This document shows, piece after piece, positions 1 through 12,575 of a stretch of DNA of 64,000 bases. The notes below the pieces were generated by a model, which searched no databases, had not been told where the DNA came from, and was given only the letters and a program-made list of their open reading frames with translations. Origin of the DNA: an uncultured Candidatus Rokubacteria bacterium (lineage in GTDB: Bacteria > Methylomirabilota > Methylomirabilia > Rokubacteriales > DASRDR01); contig CAWDVE010000017.1 of NCBI GenBank assembly GCA_963805625.1, forward strand, positions 768,001 to 832,000. The letters are read 5' to 3'. The stretch's first letter is position 1, and every line of letters starts with the position of its first letter. The translations under genes were made by a program, and so were the position numbers.

Positions 1-434
1 AACCGGTTGATCGCGTCGGTGGCGAGGCCCATCGAGGCCGAAATGGTCTGCGATCCCGCGTACAGCCCGGCCGCGTACCCGAGGTCGTAGCCGGCTAGCT
101 TGGCGACCCCCACACCTGAAGCCAGGCACAGCACGCACACGACCACCGCGAAGAGCGCCTGCGGCAAGCCATCCTTGGCCACGCCGCGGACGAATTGCGG
201 CCCGACGCCGTAGCCGACCGCGAACAGGAACATCAGGAAGGCAAACGCTTTCAGGGGCTGGTTGATCGTGATCCCGAGCTGTCCGATCACGACGGCGGCC
301 AGCAGGGTCGCGGTGACCGACCCCAGCCCGAGGCCCTTGAAGGTGAACTTGCCGACGTAGTACCCGATCCCGAGCGAGAGGAAGATCGCGATCTCCGGGT
401 ACTGACGCAGCGTCGCGAATAACCAGTCGATCAT
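1..434 (-). CDS. Aspartate:alanine exchanger (AspT/YidE/YbjL) family antiporter, 5' part; runs off the window
   Basis: Not in the ORF track. Manual translation from ATG at 434 (GGAGG RBS upstream): [51 protein letters not shown]...[16 protein letters not shown]...[14 protein letters not shown], a typical AspT/YidE N-terminus. Confidence 0.85.
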   Translation of the reverse strand, partial: MIDWLFATLRQYPEIAIFLSLGIGYYVGKFTFKGLGLGSVTATLLAAVVIGQLGITINQPLKAFAFLMFLFAVGYGVGPQFVRGVAKDGLPQALFAVVVCVLCLASGVGVAKLAGYDLGYAAGLYAGSQTISASMGLATDAINR

Positions 435-562
435 GTCGACCTCCGTTGGCGTGCTCCGGTTTGAGTCACGGGCTTTCTCGCGTGGGCTCCTCGATCGGCA
501 CCAGCGGGGGCACCAGGCTCACCAGCATGGACATCGAGCCTGACGGCCATGCACGCCGTCTC

Positions 563-3317
563 CTACTTGCCCTTGGCCCGATGCTTCACCAACGCATCGG
601 GCTTCAGGAGCTCGAGACCCTTCCCGGCGTTGTAACCGTGGATCTCCTTCACGTCGAGCTTCCGCATGAACGTGATGATCTCCTTCGTCACGACCTGGCC
701 CGGCACCATGATCGGAAAGCCGGGCGGGTACGGGATCACGAACTTCGCCGAGACCAGCTCGGGCCCCTTGGCCAGGCGCTCGTCGATCTCCTTGCTGTTG
801 AGCTTGACGTGCTCGATGTTGGTGGCATCGTACGCCATGTAGTAGGCCTCGCGCATGTGCCCCTCTTGCGTGCCGCTCTTCGGGTCGTCGCGGAAGGCGT
901 CGTGGAAGCGCTGGAAGTCGGGCAGGTCCGGCACGTCCTCGACCAGCGACTTCACCCGTGCCTTGAAGACCGCGCGCTCCTCCTCGCCCCCCTCGGCGAG
1001 CCGCTTCTCGATCCCCCGCGCCATGTCCGCCAGCGCCTTGATGAGGTGCGCCAGGTCGCTCCGCGTGTTGTTGATGTTGATCTGGACGAGCACGCTGTTC
1101 CGCGAGGTCTTGTTGATCTGGATGTCGTGCTCGCTGGCCAGCAGCGCCTTGAACTGACTGCCGTCGTAGCCCGCGGCGCCGCAGAGGAGCGTGATCCGGG
1201 TCGGGTCGAGGTAGAACTCGTCGTTGTCCAGTGCCCCCATCGTGTCGGTCATCGTCCAGCCCGGCGCGCCCCAGTCGGTGAAGCCCGACTTCCGGTACTC
1301 GGCGGGGATCATCTCGGCCGGCGTGGCGATGCGGAAGTACTTGGAGATGAGCGGGTGCGCGTTGACCTGCCGCCGGATCTCGAGCGCCAGCTGGATGGCC
1401 CGCCCGACCAGCTCGTAGCCCTCCAGCTCCATCTGCCGCCGCGCCACGTCGAGCGAGGCGATGATCTGGAGGTTGGGCGAGGTCGAGGTGTGGGTGAAGA
1501 ACGCCTCCTTGAAGGACGGCTCGACGGTGTGGAAATCCTGGTCCGCGACCACGATGATCGAGCCCTGACGGAGCGAGGACATCGACTTGTGGACCGAGTC
1601 GGTCTCGTAGACGCGGACGCGCACCTGGTCCGGGTCCGGGAGGAGCTCCATGTCGAGCAGCTTCGGGTCCTTCGGGTCCAGCTTGCCGGTGCTGGCCTTG
1701 AACGTCTCGTAGCGCTTCCGGTACGCGGGATCGCGCATCAGCTCGCGGATCGCCGCGGCCGCGCCCATCGCCGTGCGCCGCCGCAGGAACGGCGAGAAGC
1801 GCGCGAACCCGAACCACGCCTCGTCCCAGAGGAAGATGAGGTCCGGCTTGATGGCAAGACACTCCAGCATGGTGCGCTTCACGTTCGCGACGTGGCCGTC
1901 GAACGTGCAGTTCGTCAGGACCACCAGCTTCGCACGGTCGAGCTTGCCCTCGGCCTTCAGCTGGAGGAGCGCCTTCTTGATCGGCTTGATGGCGAGGCTC
2001 CCGTACATCGAGAACTGCGTCAGCGGGAAGGCGTCGATGTAGAGCGGCTGGGCGCCGGCCAGCACCAGCCCGTAGTGGTGCGACTTGTGGCAGTCGCGGT
2101 CGATCAGGACGATGTCGCCCGGCTTGAGGAGCGCCTGGTGGACGATCTTGTTGGACGTCGACGTGCCGTTCGTGACGAAGAAGCTGCGGTCGCCGCCGAG
2201 CGCGCGGGCCGCCTTGTCCTGCGCGACCTTGATGTTGCCGGTCGGCTCGAGGAGGCTGTCGAGGCCGCCGGTGGTCGCCGACGACTCGGCGAGGAACAGG
2301 TTGGCGCCGTAGAATTCGCCCATGTCGCGGATCCAGTTGGACTTGAAGATGGACTTGCCCGCGGGCCACCGGCAGCGCGTGGAAGGTGCCGATCGGCCGC
2401 TGGGCGTAACGCTTGAGGTTGTCGAAGTAGGGCGTCTCGTAGCGGTCCTTCACGCCGTCGAGGACCGCCAGGTGGATCTCCATCGGCTCCTCGACCCCGT
2501 AGAAGATCCGCCGGATCGGCGCCGCCTCGTCGGAGCCGGCCAGCCGGGCGACGTCACGGTCGGTCGTGAGGTAGACGTCGAGCTCCGGCCGCCACCGGCG
2601 CACCATCTGCGCCAGAAGGATCCCGAGATCGCCGCTCCGGGCCGTCTCGGCGACCTGCACCTGGCGGGTGAGTATCTCGCGCAGGACCGGCACCGTGTAC
2701 TGGGAGGGGTAGGCGAAGCCGTCGCTGATCACCACCGCCTGGAGGTTCGGGTTGAACACGACGGCGAGGACGGCGTCCTCGAAGCTGCCGACGACGACGG
2801 GCTCGTAGACGAACTCGTCCTCGGTCCGGCGCAGCCGCCGCAAGGTCTCGCGGATGCCCGGCCACATCGCCCGCTCCGCCGGGGAGACGAGCAGGATCTC
2901 GAAGTAGGGCCGCCGACTCTGGCCGCGTCCCACCGACGGCGGGAGGATGTCGGGCACACGCGCATCCCCCTCCTCGTCAGCCTTCCAGGGCTCCTGGTCG
3001 TCCCGGTAGCTGCTGGAGAGGAGCGCGCCGCTGATCCGCTGCACCAGGCGCGCGAAGCCGGTCCAGTCGCCAGTCTGCAAGCGCTCCTGGACCTGCGCCA
3101 TCAGACCAGGCCCGGGATAGCCACAGAGCGCCTCGAGCGGTGCGATCTCGGCCAGCAGCGCTTGCGGATCCATCCCGGGACCGCCCGCCGCCCGTGGACC
3201 GCTTGCCGCGAGGGCCTTGGCCACGCGATTCAGCGTGCGCCAGCGGTCGACCCGTGCCTCCGAGGCCGTGAAGAATTCGTTCAGGCCGAGGGTCCGATCA
3301 TTCGACGTCGTCGCCAT
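563..3317 (-). CDS. Orn/Lys/Arg decarboxylase (PLP, fold type I) with long N-terminal extension, interrupted by one +1 frameshift near 2358-2360
   Basis: The N-terminal frame reads to ...FHALPVARG. Removing one base of the CCC run at 2358-2360 continues as KSIFKSNWIRDMGEFYG into ORF 563-2323, which has FVTNGTSTSN, DRDCHKSHH, WDEAW, the PLP-lysine motif DSVHKS and C-terminal PYPPGFP. Confidence 0.88.
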
Positions 3318-3435
3318 CTGCCATTCCTCCTGGGTGCGTGCTAAGGGGGCCGGCGCGTGGCCTGCGGCCCTGTGCCCGCCCTGAGTCGTCCCGATGTGGC
3401 TCGTCCGTCCGAGATGCCGCGCTGGGCCGTCGCTC

Positions 3436-4806
3436 CTACAGCAGCGGAATCTCCCAGTTGATGATGAACCGGACCTGCCAGCCGAGCTGGTCGGCGTCTT
3501 GCCGATCGAGGATGACGCCGCGTAGCCGGAACCAGAGATTGCGCGTCGTGGGGAGGAAGAGGTACCCGCTGGGCGGCCGGTAGTCGATCGTGAGGTCGTA
3601 TTCGGTCTGGTCCGGCGCCGCCGCCCGCGTCTTCGGATCGATCGCGTCCCAGCCGTAGGCGATGTTGACGAACGCGGCGAGCCCCGGGGTGATCAGCTTC
3701 GAGAAGTCGTAGGCCGCGCCGACGAGCACGGCCTTCTCGTTGGCCCGGTCGAAGTCTTCCTGGATCAGCGAGAGGTAGCCCGGGAAGCTGCCCCACGGCG
3801 CCTGGATCGTGTTCCCGTCGCCGGTCACCGAGCCGCCGAGAGTGAGGGTCAGCTCGCGATAGGCGACGCCGGCCTTGGCGCTCACGTTGTAGGTGCTCCA
3901 ATCCTTGGCCGACGCGTTCGTGAGCAGCTGGTCGCCCACCGCCCGCTGATCGGTGAACTGGCCGCCGAAGATGAGCTTGAGGTCCTCCCGGAGGGGGTGC
4001 GTGTAGTCGGCCTGGAGGAAGACCGTGTTGAAGGTGTTGAACCCGTACTGCTCGCTGACGTCGAGCTTCAAGCCGGGGAGCGGCGCGAGCTTCACGCCGA
4101 CCATGGCGACGCCGTCCTCGCTGCCCGCCGCCCCCGCCTGCTCCGACATGAACAGGAACTCGTCGGAGTTCCGGGCCTTCATCTTCCAGAGGTACCCGGC
4201 GAGGTAGTCGACCGGCCCCAGCTTCCCGCCAAGGGTGAGGCCCTCGAAGGTGTTGGGCGTCATCCGGTTGTCCTCGCGGTTGACATAGCCCTGGGCGACT
4301 TCCTGCCGGTAGCCCTTGGCCATCGCATATTCCTTGTATCGCAGCGCGGCGAAGGCCTCGCCCAGGACCCCGTAGCCTTCCTGTCCCGTCTTCAGGAGCG
4401 TCGTGCCGTCCTTGTCTTCCGGCGCGTAGAGCGGCGCCGACCCGTAGACGGTGGCCCCGATCTGGAACGCGTCGAGGAGCCAGCCGGACCGGTAGCTGAA
4501 CCAGCCCCCGAAGGCCCAGGCCTCGTTCTCCGTGCCGTCCGGGTTCTCGCGGTTCATGTAGTAACTGCGGAGGTAGAGCGTGAAGTCCGTGTCACGCAGG
4601 AAGGCCGGGAGGTCCTTCATGTCCTCCTTGAGCGTGGGGAAGAGCCGTTCCACGGCCGGCGGCCGAGGCTGATCCTCGTCGGCCTCGGCCCGGGTTCCGA
4701 GCGAGCCGACCAGCCACGCCAGGAGCGCCACGCCCACGATCAGGACGCTCCGCGTCCAATGCCGCCGAAACCGGTTCCCGTTGCTCAGCGGTCTCGATCG
4801 TTTCAC
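3436..4806 (-). CDS. OprD-family outer membrane porin
   Basis: Signal-peptide-like N-terminus, alternating beta-strand pattern, motifs LRSYYMNR, DNRMTPNTFEG, DFDRANEKA, EYDLTIDY and C-terminal RFIINWEIPLL. Confidence 0.8.
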   Translation of the reverse strand: MKRSRPLSNGNRFRRHWTRSVLIVGVALLAWLVGSLGTRAEADEDQPRPPAVERLFPTLKEDMKDLPAFLRDTDFTLYLRSYYMNRENPDGTENEAWAFGGWFSYRSGWLLDAFQIGATVYGSAPLYAPEDKDGTTLLKTGQEGYGVLGEAFAALRYKEYAMAKGYRQEVAQGYVNREDNRMTPNTFEGLTLGGKLGPVDYLAGYLWKMKARNSDEFLFMSEQAGAAGSEDGVAMVGVKLAPLPGLKLDVSEQYGFNTFNTVFLQADYTHPLREDLKLIFGGQFTDQRAVGDQLLTNASAKDWSTYNVSAKAGVAYRELTLTLGGSVTGDGNTIQAPWGSFPGYLSLIQEDFDRANEKAVLVGAAYDFSKLITPGLAAFVNIAYGWDAIDPKTRAAAPDQTEYDLTIDYRPPSGYLFLPTTRNLWFRLRGVILDRQDADQLGWQVRFIINWEIPLL

Positions 4807-4847
4807 CCGTCAGCCCCCTTTTCGTCCTCAGGCATGCATGGAGCCGG

Positions 4848-4862
4848 GCAAGGCGCATGCCA
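4848..4862 (-). promoter_or_regulatory. Sigma-54 (-24/-12) promoter of the porin-decarboxylase-antiporter unit
   Basis: Minus strand TGGCATGCGCCTTGC matches TGGCA-N6-TTGC (GG-N10-GC), about 40 bp upstream of the porin start, with a sigma-54 activator gene divergent nearby. Confidence 0.75.
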
Positions 4863-4980
4863 GGAGAGAAGTTGCGCAGACTCGCGGAGTCACGATACTC
4901 GCCCGTTCGGCCCGTCGCGGAAGGCTGGGGCGCCGGCGCCCCAGCTGGACTCCACTTCCCGAGGAGCGGGGTAGCGGCCC

Positions 4981-5328
4981 TCATGACGGTTTCGCTCTGG
5001 GCCGTCGAGTTCGCTGCGACGGACTCGACGGCCGAACGCCCTGCTTTCCCGGTAGGGCGGTCACGCCCGATTCGCCCGGGGCTGGATCGAGCAGGAGCCT
5101 CATGTAGCGTGACGCCCCCAGGAGGTGGACGCCCTCGCCCGCCAGCCGGCGCAACTGCAACACGCCGGCATCGCTGGCGCTCGTCAGATCGGACAGATCC
5201 AGGACGAGGGGCCGCCCGGCCCCGCTGCAGGCCTCCCCCAGGATCACGACCGCGTCGTCGCCGAGGCGTCCCACGACCCCGATGGTCGTGATGTCAGGAG
5301 TCTCGGACACGATCAGACGAAATCCCAT
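4981..5328 (-). CDS. Small STAS-domain protein
   Basis: IGVVGRL...LVLDLSDLTSASDAGVLQLRRL...GVHLLGASRYMRLLL fits the STAS pattern. Confidence 0.65.
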   Translation of the reverse strand: MGFRLIVSETPDITTIGVVGRLGDDAVVILGEACSGAGRPLVLDLSDLTSASDAGVLQLRRLAGEGVHLLGASRYMRLLLDPAPGESGVTALPGKQGVRPSSPSQRTRRPRAKPS

Positions 5329-5580
5329 CCGGTCAGACCCCCTCCGGGCGAAGACATGCGTCGGCGAGACCCAAGCTCATGAGCCGCCGTGATGGGCTCC
5401 CAATCAACCCGAGGCAAGAAGCATTCCAGTGAAGGCCTCGTGTGGAAATGATCAATGGACCAATGCCATACTCGATAATTGCCAACCAGGTAGCGGCGGA
5501 ACGGCCACCGCGGGCGATGGCGGGCCGTCACATACGACGGGCCCTGGCACGAGGCGACGTGGATCACCAGGGAGAAGCAC

Positions 5581-7692
<2,112 letters not shown>

Positions 7693-7914
7693 GGCGCCGG
7701 GACGCGCTAGCGTCCACGGTGAGCCGGCACGACCCGCCCGATCGCGTGCCTTCGCTCGCGACGCCCCCCTGAGGTGAGGTGTCTCTTGTCCGGCCTCCGT
7801 ACCCCCCTATCCTCCCGAGGTGGTCACCTACGCTCTTCTCCGTGCTCGTGGGGGGGAGCCAGCGGAATCTACGCCGCCCTCCGGCGAGGCCGCCCGGAAA
7901 GCTACTGGGTCGGC

Positions 7915-8286
7915 GCGTTCCCATCGTGGGTGCGTCCGTGCCCAACTATTTCCTGGCTCTCATCCTGATGACGATTCTCGGCGGCGAGCTCCGCCCGGTG
8001 CCGATCGCCGCCTCTCCATCGACGTGCTGCTGGCGCCTGAGCGCGCCGCCCTGGCTGGGTCTCGAGAGCGCTCCGATCGACAGGATCCTGGACGAGGCCC
8101 GGGCCGAGCGTTGACCGACAAGCGGGACCAGCTCTACCGGCAGCTGTTCGACCTCATATCCCGGAGGCGACCTACATCTGCACGGTGCACGCCAACTACG
8201 TCTCGGGGTCGCGCGCGAACGTGCGGAACTGGGAGCAGCTCCCGGCCACCCTGGTCCGGTACGCCAACGTGTGGATCGAGCGCTAG
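7915..8286 (+). pseudogene. Remnants of a peptide/nickel ABC transporter (permease piece and solute-binding-protein C-terminus)
   Basis: IVGASVPNYFLALILMTILGGELR resembles a DppB/OppB helix. Broken frames RILDEARA / KRDQLYRQLFDLI / YICTVHANYVSGSRANVRNWEQLPATLVRYANVWIER* resemble a family-5 SBP end. Confidence 0.5.
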
Positions 8287-8287
8287 A

Positions 8288-8342
8288 TTTTGGACAAATT
8301 TGGGGGTTCCCTTGGGACTTCCGCGGCGCCGGGGGGCATGAT
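8288..8342 (+). promoter_or_regulatory. Conserved tandem-repeat promoter motif, copy 1
   Basis: TTTTGGACAAATTTGGGGGTTCCCTTGGGACTTCC followed by CATGAT at 8337; matches copies at 11492 and 13457. Confidence 0.65.
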
Positions 8343-8357
8343 GTCAACGGACGAAGC

Positions 8358-8609
8358 ATGGCGCACGACGCTGCTCATCAGGGGGCGGAGAGCCCCGACC
8401 CGGGCCGGGCCCACACCCAGTCGGCGCTCCCGTATGCGAAGGCGTTCGTCGTGCAGTTCAGTGCGGAGACCGACCCCCGACTCGGGAACACCACCGGGCG
8501 GGTCGAGCATCTTCAGACGGGGCGCCGTTCGCGCTTCGCGTCGGCCGACGAGCTGCTCGCGTGGATCACGGCGATGCTCGCCGCCGCGGATAGCCCCGAC
8601 GATGCCTGA
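8358..8609 (+). CDS. Small hypothetical protein (about 83 aa) convergent with the wHTH-AAA regulator
   Basis: ATG at 8358 just after motif copy 1; protein-like core LPYAKAFVVQFSAETD...GRVEHLQTGRRSRFASADELLAWITAML. Confidence 0.7.
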   Translation: MAHDAAHQGAESPDPGRAHTQSALPYAKAFVVQFSAETDPRLGNTTGRVEHLQTGRRSRFASADELLAWITAMLAAADSPDDA

Positions 8610-8620
8610 TGATGATCACG

Positions 8621-11467
8621 TCAGCGTGGCGGCTTGCGCGGCGCGGCGGCCCCGGCGGCCCGCCGGCTGGCGCGCCGCTCCAGCATGTGCGCCCCCTGGG
8701 CACGCGCCACCGCTCGAGCTCTCTCGAAGCACTCCTCCGATTCACGGATCTCGCGCGGCCGCGGACGCGTCTTGGAGCGGGCCCCTCGGAGGATCAACTC
8801 TCCTCTGAGCCGCCAGAGCTCGGCCTCGAAGAGGCGGGCGGCGGTGTCGCGACAGTGGGTCAATCCGGTGTCGGTGGCGGCCAGTCCCTCATCCACGCGG
8901 TCCAGCCGCAGACATGCCTCGGCGAGCAAAGAGAACCACAGCGAAGCGGCGAGGCTTATCTTGGCCCGCCGCAGCACGTCGAGGCCCTCGCGGATCTCCG
9001 CAAGGCCTCGCTCACCCTCGCCCTGCTCGACGAGTGCCCGGCCGCGACTGACGAGCGCGCTCCCGGACCAGAGCGGGAAGCCGTACTCGTCCGAGAGATC
9101 GGCCGCCCTGGTGGCCATTCTCGCAGCCTCCCCGCACTCGCCGTTGAGCACGTGTAGAAACGCGGCATACGCCGCGGCGTGGGCGACCGTGAAGGGGCGG
9201 CCGAGCCGCTCGGCCAGCACCATGGCCTCCCCTTGCACGACCCGCGCACGATCCGGTTCGGCGCGCACCCATCGGCGGAGGCTTTCGAAGGACCGCGCCG
9301 CCACGAGAGGATTGACCCCGTAGAGCCGATCCGCCTCGTCAGGACTCACCGACGACGATAGCGCCTTGGCCAGGAAGGGTTCCGCGACATCCAGGTCGCC
9401 GCCCCACAAGGCGACCCCCCCTCGGAGGAAGGAGGCCTCCACCACGGCGGACGGATTCAGCTGCTCTGAAAGCGGCGACAGTTCCTCGCCGACCCGTTCC
9501 GCCTCGCGCAAGTCACCGCCGTTGCTGTGCAGCAGGCAGAGAGCAGAGAGGACGTCGAAGAGCCCGGCAGGGTCCGCAAGCTGCTCGCAGAGGCGTCGCG
9601 CGCGTGTCAGGTTGTCGAGCAATCCCTCGGCCACGTACCCGGCGGTCTGGGTCAGCACGACGGTGTACAGCTGGCGCAGTCGCAGCTCGTCCCGGGCTCG
9701 GTCCGGCGTGTCCGGCAGCTCACCGAGAAGCCGGAGGGCCGGTTCCAGACACGCGGCGGTGTCGCGGTAGGCGAGCCGGCCGTACGCCCGCGTCGCGGCT
9801 TGCTCGAGGTAAGCGACGGCCCGGCGTCGATCGCGGCTGTGCTGGAAATGAATGGCCAGCTCGCCCGACACATCGGCGGTTCGGGCCGCGTACCCGGCCT
9901 CGATGCGTTCGCCGATCTGCTGGTGCAGGATGACCCGCCGGCTCGGCGAGAGGCGGGCGTAGAGCACGCGTTGATAAAGAGCGTGCCCGAAGGCGTAGCG
10001 GACCGCCAGAGTGCCGTCCGGCCACTCGACGCTCCGTCGGTGGTGAAGCCAGCGACGAGGGCGGCACAGCTCATCGCAGAGCGACTCGACCTCGTCCAGT
10101 GCGCGGCCGAGTCCCGCGGCCACCGCCGGCGCGTCGAACATCACCCCGCCGACACTCGCGACCTCGAGCACGTCTCGCTCGGCGCGCGACAGGAACCTGA
10201 GCTGCCCCTGGATGAGCTGCTGGATGTCCTCCGGTACCTCCTGCTCGATCGCCGCGCGGTCAACGGACAGCCGCCAGAGGCCCCCATTTTCGGCCAGCCA
10301 GCCGCGGTCCAGGAGATGCTCCACCAGCCTCACCATGAAGAGGGGATTCCCGTCCGTATGCGCGTGGACGACGGCGGCGACGTCGTCGTCTACCGTCGCG
10401 CCGCGGAAACGAGCCTGCAGGTATGCCGTCACGTGGCTCCGGCTCAGGTACTCGAGCGCGATTTCCCGGCACTGACGGTGCGTGCGCAGCGTCGCCACGA
10501 CCTGGGCGAACGGGTGGTCGAGCACCGTCGCCTCCGCCGGCCGATAGGTGCCCAGGAGCATGACTCGCGCCCGATCGGGCCGCTGCGCGAGCACCGATAC
10601 GAGATCCGCCGTGCCCTGGTCGCTCCAGTGCAGGTCCTCCAGGACCAGCACCAGCGGGCGATCGACGGAGACTGCCTCCACCAGGCTCGCGAACTCACGC
10701 AGCATGCGGTGGGGCGTCGTGTCCGTGTCCCCGCGCCCGGGCGGCCCCGCGTCGGTGGGCGAGTGAAGCGAGGGCATCCGCGCCAGCCAGCTCGGGGCGA
10801 CGGCGCGCAGCGTGGAGAGCAGCCGGTCGTGGGCCGGTCCATGGCTCAGTCGCTCCAGGGTCTCCAGGGCCGGCATGTAGGGCTCCCGCTCGCCGTGCTG
10901 CTCCACGCACTGGCCATAGCCGATCAGGACGCCGTCGGCCGACGCCCGCACCGCGTCCAGAAAGGTCTCGACGATCGAGGTCTTGCCGATGCCGGGCTCG
11001 CCCTGCATGAACACCACCTGGCGCTCGCCGGCGGACGCGGTCTGGAAGATGGCCCGGAGCGTCGCGAGCTCGGTTTCGCGGCCCACCAGGGTCGCGGGGG
11101 ATCTCGCTCCCGGGACGGGCTGGGGCACGACTGCCGACTCGAGTCCCCGCTCCCCGGCTGGGGTCCCGTGTATTCGGGCGATGAAGCGAACCCCCCGGCG
11201 GTGAACGGTCTCGATGACACGCGGGGCTCGCGGATCGTCCCCGAGAGCCCGCCGCAGCTCGCCGAGCGTCTGCGTGAGCGTGTCGTCCGACACCACGACG
11301 TCGCCCCAGACGGCCGCGTGCAGCTCTTCCTTCGTGACCAGCGCACCGGGCCGCTCGGCCAGATAGCGCAGCAGAGCCCAGGCCTTGGGTCGCAGTTCCA
11401 CCGGACGGTCGCCGTGCCATAGGCGTCCCGCACGCGGGTCCAACCGGTAGGGCGGGAACTCGATCAC
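8621..11467 (-). CDS. OmpR-type winged-helix + AAA ATPase (STAND-like) + TPR-like transcriptional regulator
   Basis: N-terminal FPPYRLD...LRPKAWALLRYL...LVTKEELHAAVW...IETVHRRGVRF, Walker A GEPGIGKT, Walker B LVLEDLHWSD, TDGNPLFM and a helical C-terminus with EAELWRLRGEL. Confidence 0.88.
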   Translation of the reverse strand: MIEFPPYRLDPRAGRLWHGDRPVELRPKAWALLRYLAERPGALVTKEELHAAVWGDVVVSDDTLTQTLGELRRALGDDPRAPRVIETVHRRGVRFIARIHGTPAGERGLESAVVPQPVPGARSPATLVGRETELATLRAIFQTASAGERQVVFMQGEPGIGKTSIVETFLDAVRASADGVLIGYGQCVEQHGEREPYMPALETLERLSHGPAHDRLLSTLRAVAPSWLARMPSLHSPTDAGPPGRGDTDTTPHRMLREFASLVEAVSVDRPLVLVLEDLHWSDQGTADLVSVLAQRPDRARVMLLGTYRPAEATVLDHPFAQVVATLRTHRQCREIALEYLSRSHVTAYLQARFRGATVDDDVAAVVHAHTDGNPLFMVRLVEHLLDRGWLAENGGLWRLSVDRAAIEQEVPEDIQQLIQGQLRFLSRAERDVLEVASVGGVMFDAPAVAAGLGRALDEVESLCDELCRPRRWLHHRRSVEWPDGTLAVRYAFGHALYQRVLYARLSPSRRVILHQQIGERIEAGYAARTADVSGELAIHFQHSRDRRRAVAYLEQAATRAYGRLAYRDTAACLEPALRLLGELPDTPDRARDELRLRQLYTVVLTQTAGYVAEGLLDNLTRARRLCEQLADPAGLFDVLSALCLLHSNGGDLREAERVGEELSPLSEQLNPSAVVEASFLRGGVALWGGDLDVAEPFLAKALSSSVSPDEADRLYGVNPLVAARSFESLRRWVRAEPDRARVVQGEAMVLAERLGRPFTVAHAAAYAAFLHVLNGECGEAARMATRAADLSDEYGFPLWSGSALVSRGRALVEQGEGERGLAEIREGLDVLRRAKISLAASLWFSLLAEACLRLDRVDEGLAATDTGLTHCRDTAARLFEAELWRLRGELILRGARSKTRPRPREIRESEECFERARAVARAQGAHMLERRASRRAAGAAAPRKPPR

Positions 11468-11491
11468 GGCGCTTGCCGGAGGGTCGAGCCG

Positions 11492-11612
11492 TTTTGGAGA
11501 AATTTGCGGATTCCCTCGGGACTTCCCGAGGGCGACCCCGTCATGATCGCCGCCGTGAAGAAAGGGCGCGAGGCCCGACCCAAGCTAGGTCGTAGAAGGG
11601 TCTTCCGCACGT
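11492..11612 (+). promoter_or_regulatory. Conserved tandem-repeat promoter motif, copy 2, plus about 70 bp of shared downstream sequence
   Basis: TTTTGGAGAAATTTGCGGATTCCCTCGGGACTTCC with CATGAT at 11542, 25 bp from the regulator start codon; downstream GAAGAAA..GGCGC.AGGC.CGACCCAAGC.AGG..G is shared with copy 3. Confidence 0.7.
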
Positions 11613-12002
11613 CTACGCACGCGGGCGGTGACGCCTGGCGTCTCCCAGAGAGAAACGCCGTCATTCCGCGAGGATACCACGTGCCAGACCTCCACCACGT
11701 ATGCTCTTTGCGCCGACGACGCCGCGGCCAAGGACCAATCGTGGCCGCCATAGGACCAACGTCCCATAGACGCCCGCGCGAAGTGATGATAGAGCTCTTA
11801 TCGTGACCTCAGACCAGTACAAACGTCATGCACTCGCTCATCGACGACTCCAAATGGCCCGTACCGGCGGTGCCGATGTGGTAGCTCGGGGGTGGGGCGA
11901 GGGCCGTCTTCTCCATTGAGGTGCCGCCGCTCCGGGATCGCCGTTCGCGCGTCCGATGGCGGAAGCAGGGTCTACACGCACGAACTGAGAGGAGAGAGAC
12001 GC

Positions 12003-12575
12003 ATGTTTAAGCGAAGGATCACTGCAAGCCTGTTGAGTGGTGTCGTGGCGGTTGGTCTGGTCCTGTCGGGTCAGGCCGCGGCGGCCTTCACGGCCCAGGA
12101 AGCGGCCAAGCTGGATGCCGAGGCGAAGGCCACGCTGGCGAAGTTCCAGGCAGACACTAAGGGTTCCGCGGAGGTGTTCGCCAACGCCAAGGGTGTCCTG
12201 GTGTGCCCGAAGATCACCAAGGGGGGCTTCATCATCGGCGTGGAGTCAGGCGACTGCGTGCTGAGCAAGGGTGCCCCAAAGCCGATCTACTACGGGACGT
12301 CCGCGCTCAAGGGGGGACTCCTCGTGGGCATCTCCTGGTACTCGATGATCCTGGTGCTGAACACGGACGCCGCGGTGGCCAAGTTCACCAGCGGCACGCG
12401 CGAATGGGAGATGGGCGTGGATGCGTCGGTGGCCGTGGCCACAGTGGGCGCTGGCGGCGCTCTCGATACGACCAATCTGAAGAAAGCCATCGTGTCCTTC
12501 ATCTTCGGCGAGAAGGGGTTAATGGGGGATGTGTCCTTCTCGGGCTCGCGATTCAAGAAGCTCGATGTCGAGTGA
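12003..12575 (+). CDS. Secreted YSC84/SYLF-like lipid-binding protein
   Basis: GGAG RBS, signal peptide, AKGVLVCPKITKGGFIIG...G, WEMGVDASVAVA, FIFGEKGLMGDVSFSGSRF. Confidence 0.75.
   Translation: MFKRRITASLLSGVVAVGLVLSGQAAAAFTAQEAAKLDAEAKATLAKFQADTKGSAEVFANAKGVLVCPKITKGGFIIGVESGDCVLSKGAPKPIYYGTSALKGGLLVGISWYSMILVLNTDAAVAKFTSGTREWEMGVDASVAVATVGAGGALDTTNLKKAIVSFIFGEKGLMGDVSFSGSRFKKLDVE

Noticed and set aside
519-2357. C-terminal two-thirds of the 932-aa ORF as a real fusion protein
   Set aside because: It is out-of-frame read-through after the +1 frameshift; the decarboxylase motifs are in ORF 563-2323.
446-2416. Long antisense and alternate-frame ORFs (also 9527-11422, 18326-20644, 21130-23469, 41162-44023, 47746-51252, 57101-58945)
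   Set aside because: Shadow ORFs expected at high GC; they overlap motif-supported genes and give Arg/Pro/Gly-rich translations with no family motifs.
5545-5559. TGGCACG as a sigma-54 promoter for the activator
   Set aside because: The -12 position reads CG rather than GC, and the site abuts the possible start codon.
8621-11467. STAND ATPase as an Avs-type anti-phage system
   Set aside because: The N-terminal module is an OmpR-type DNA-binding domain, not a nuclease, TIR or protease effector, and there is no defence-gene context.
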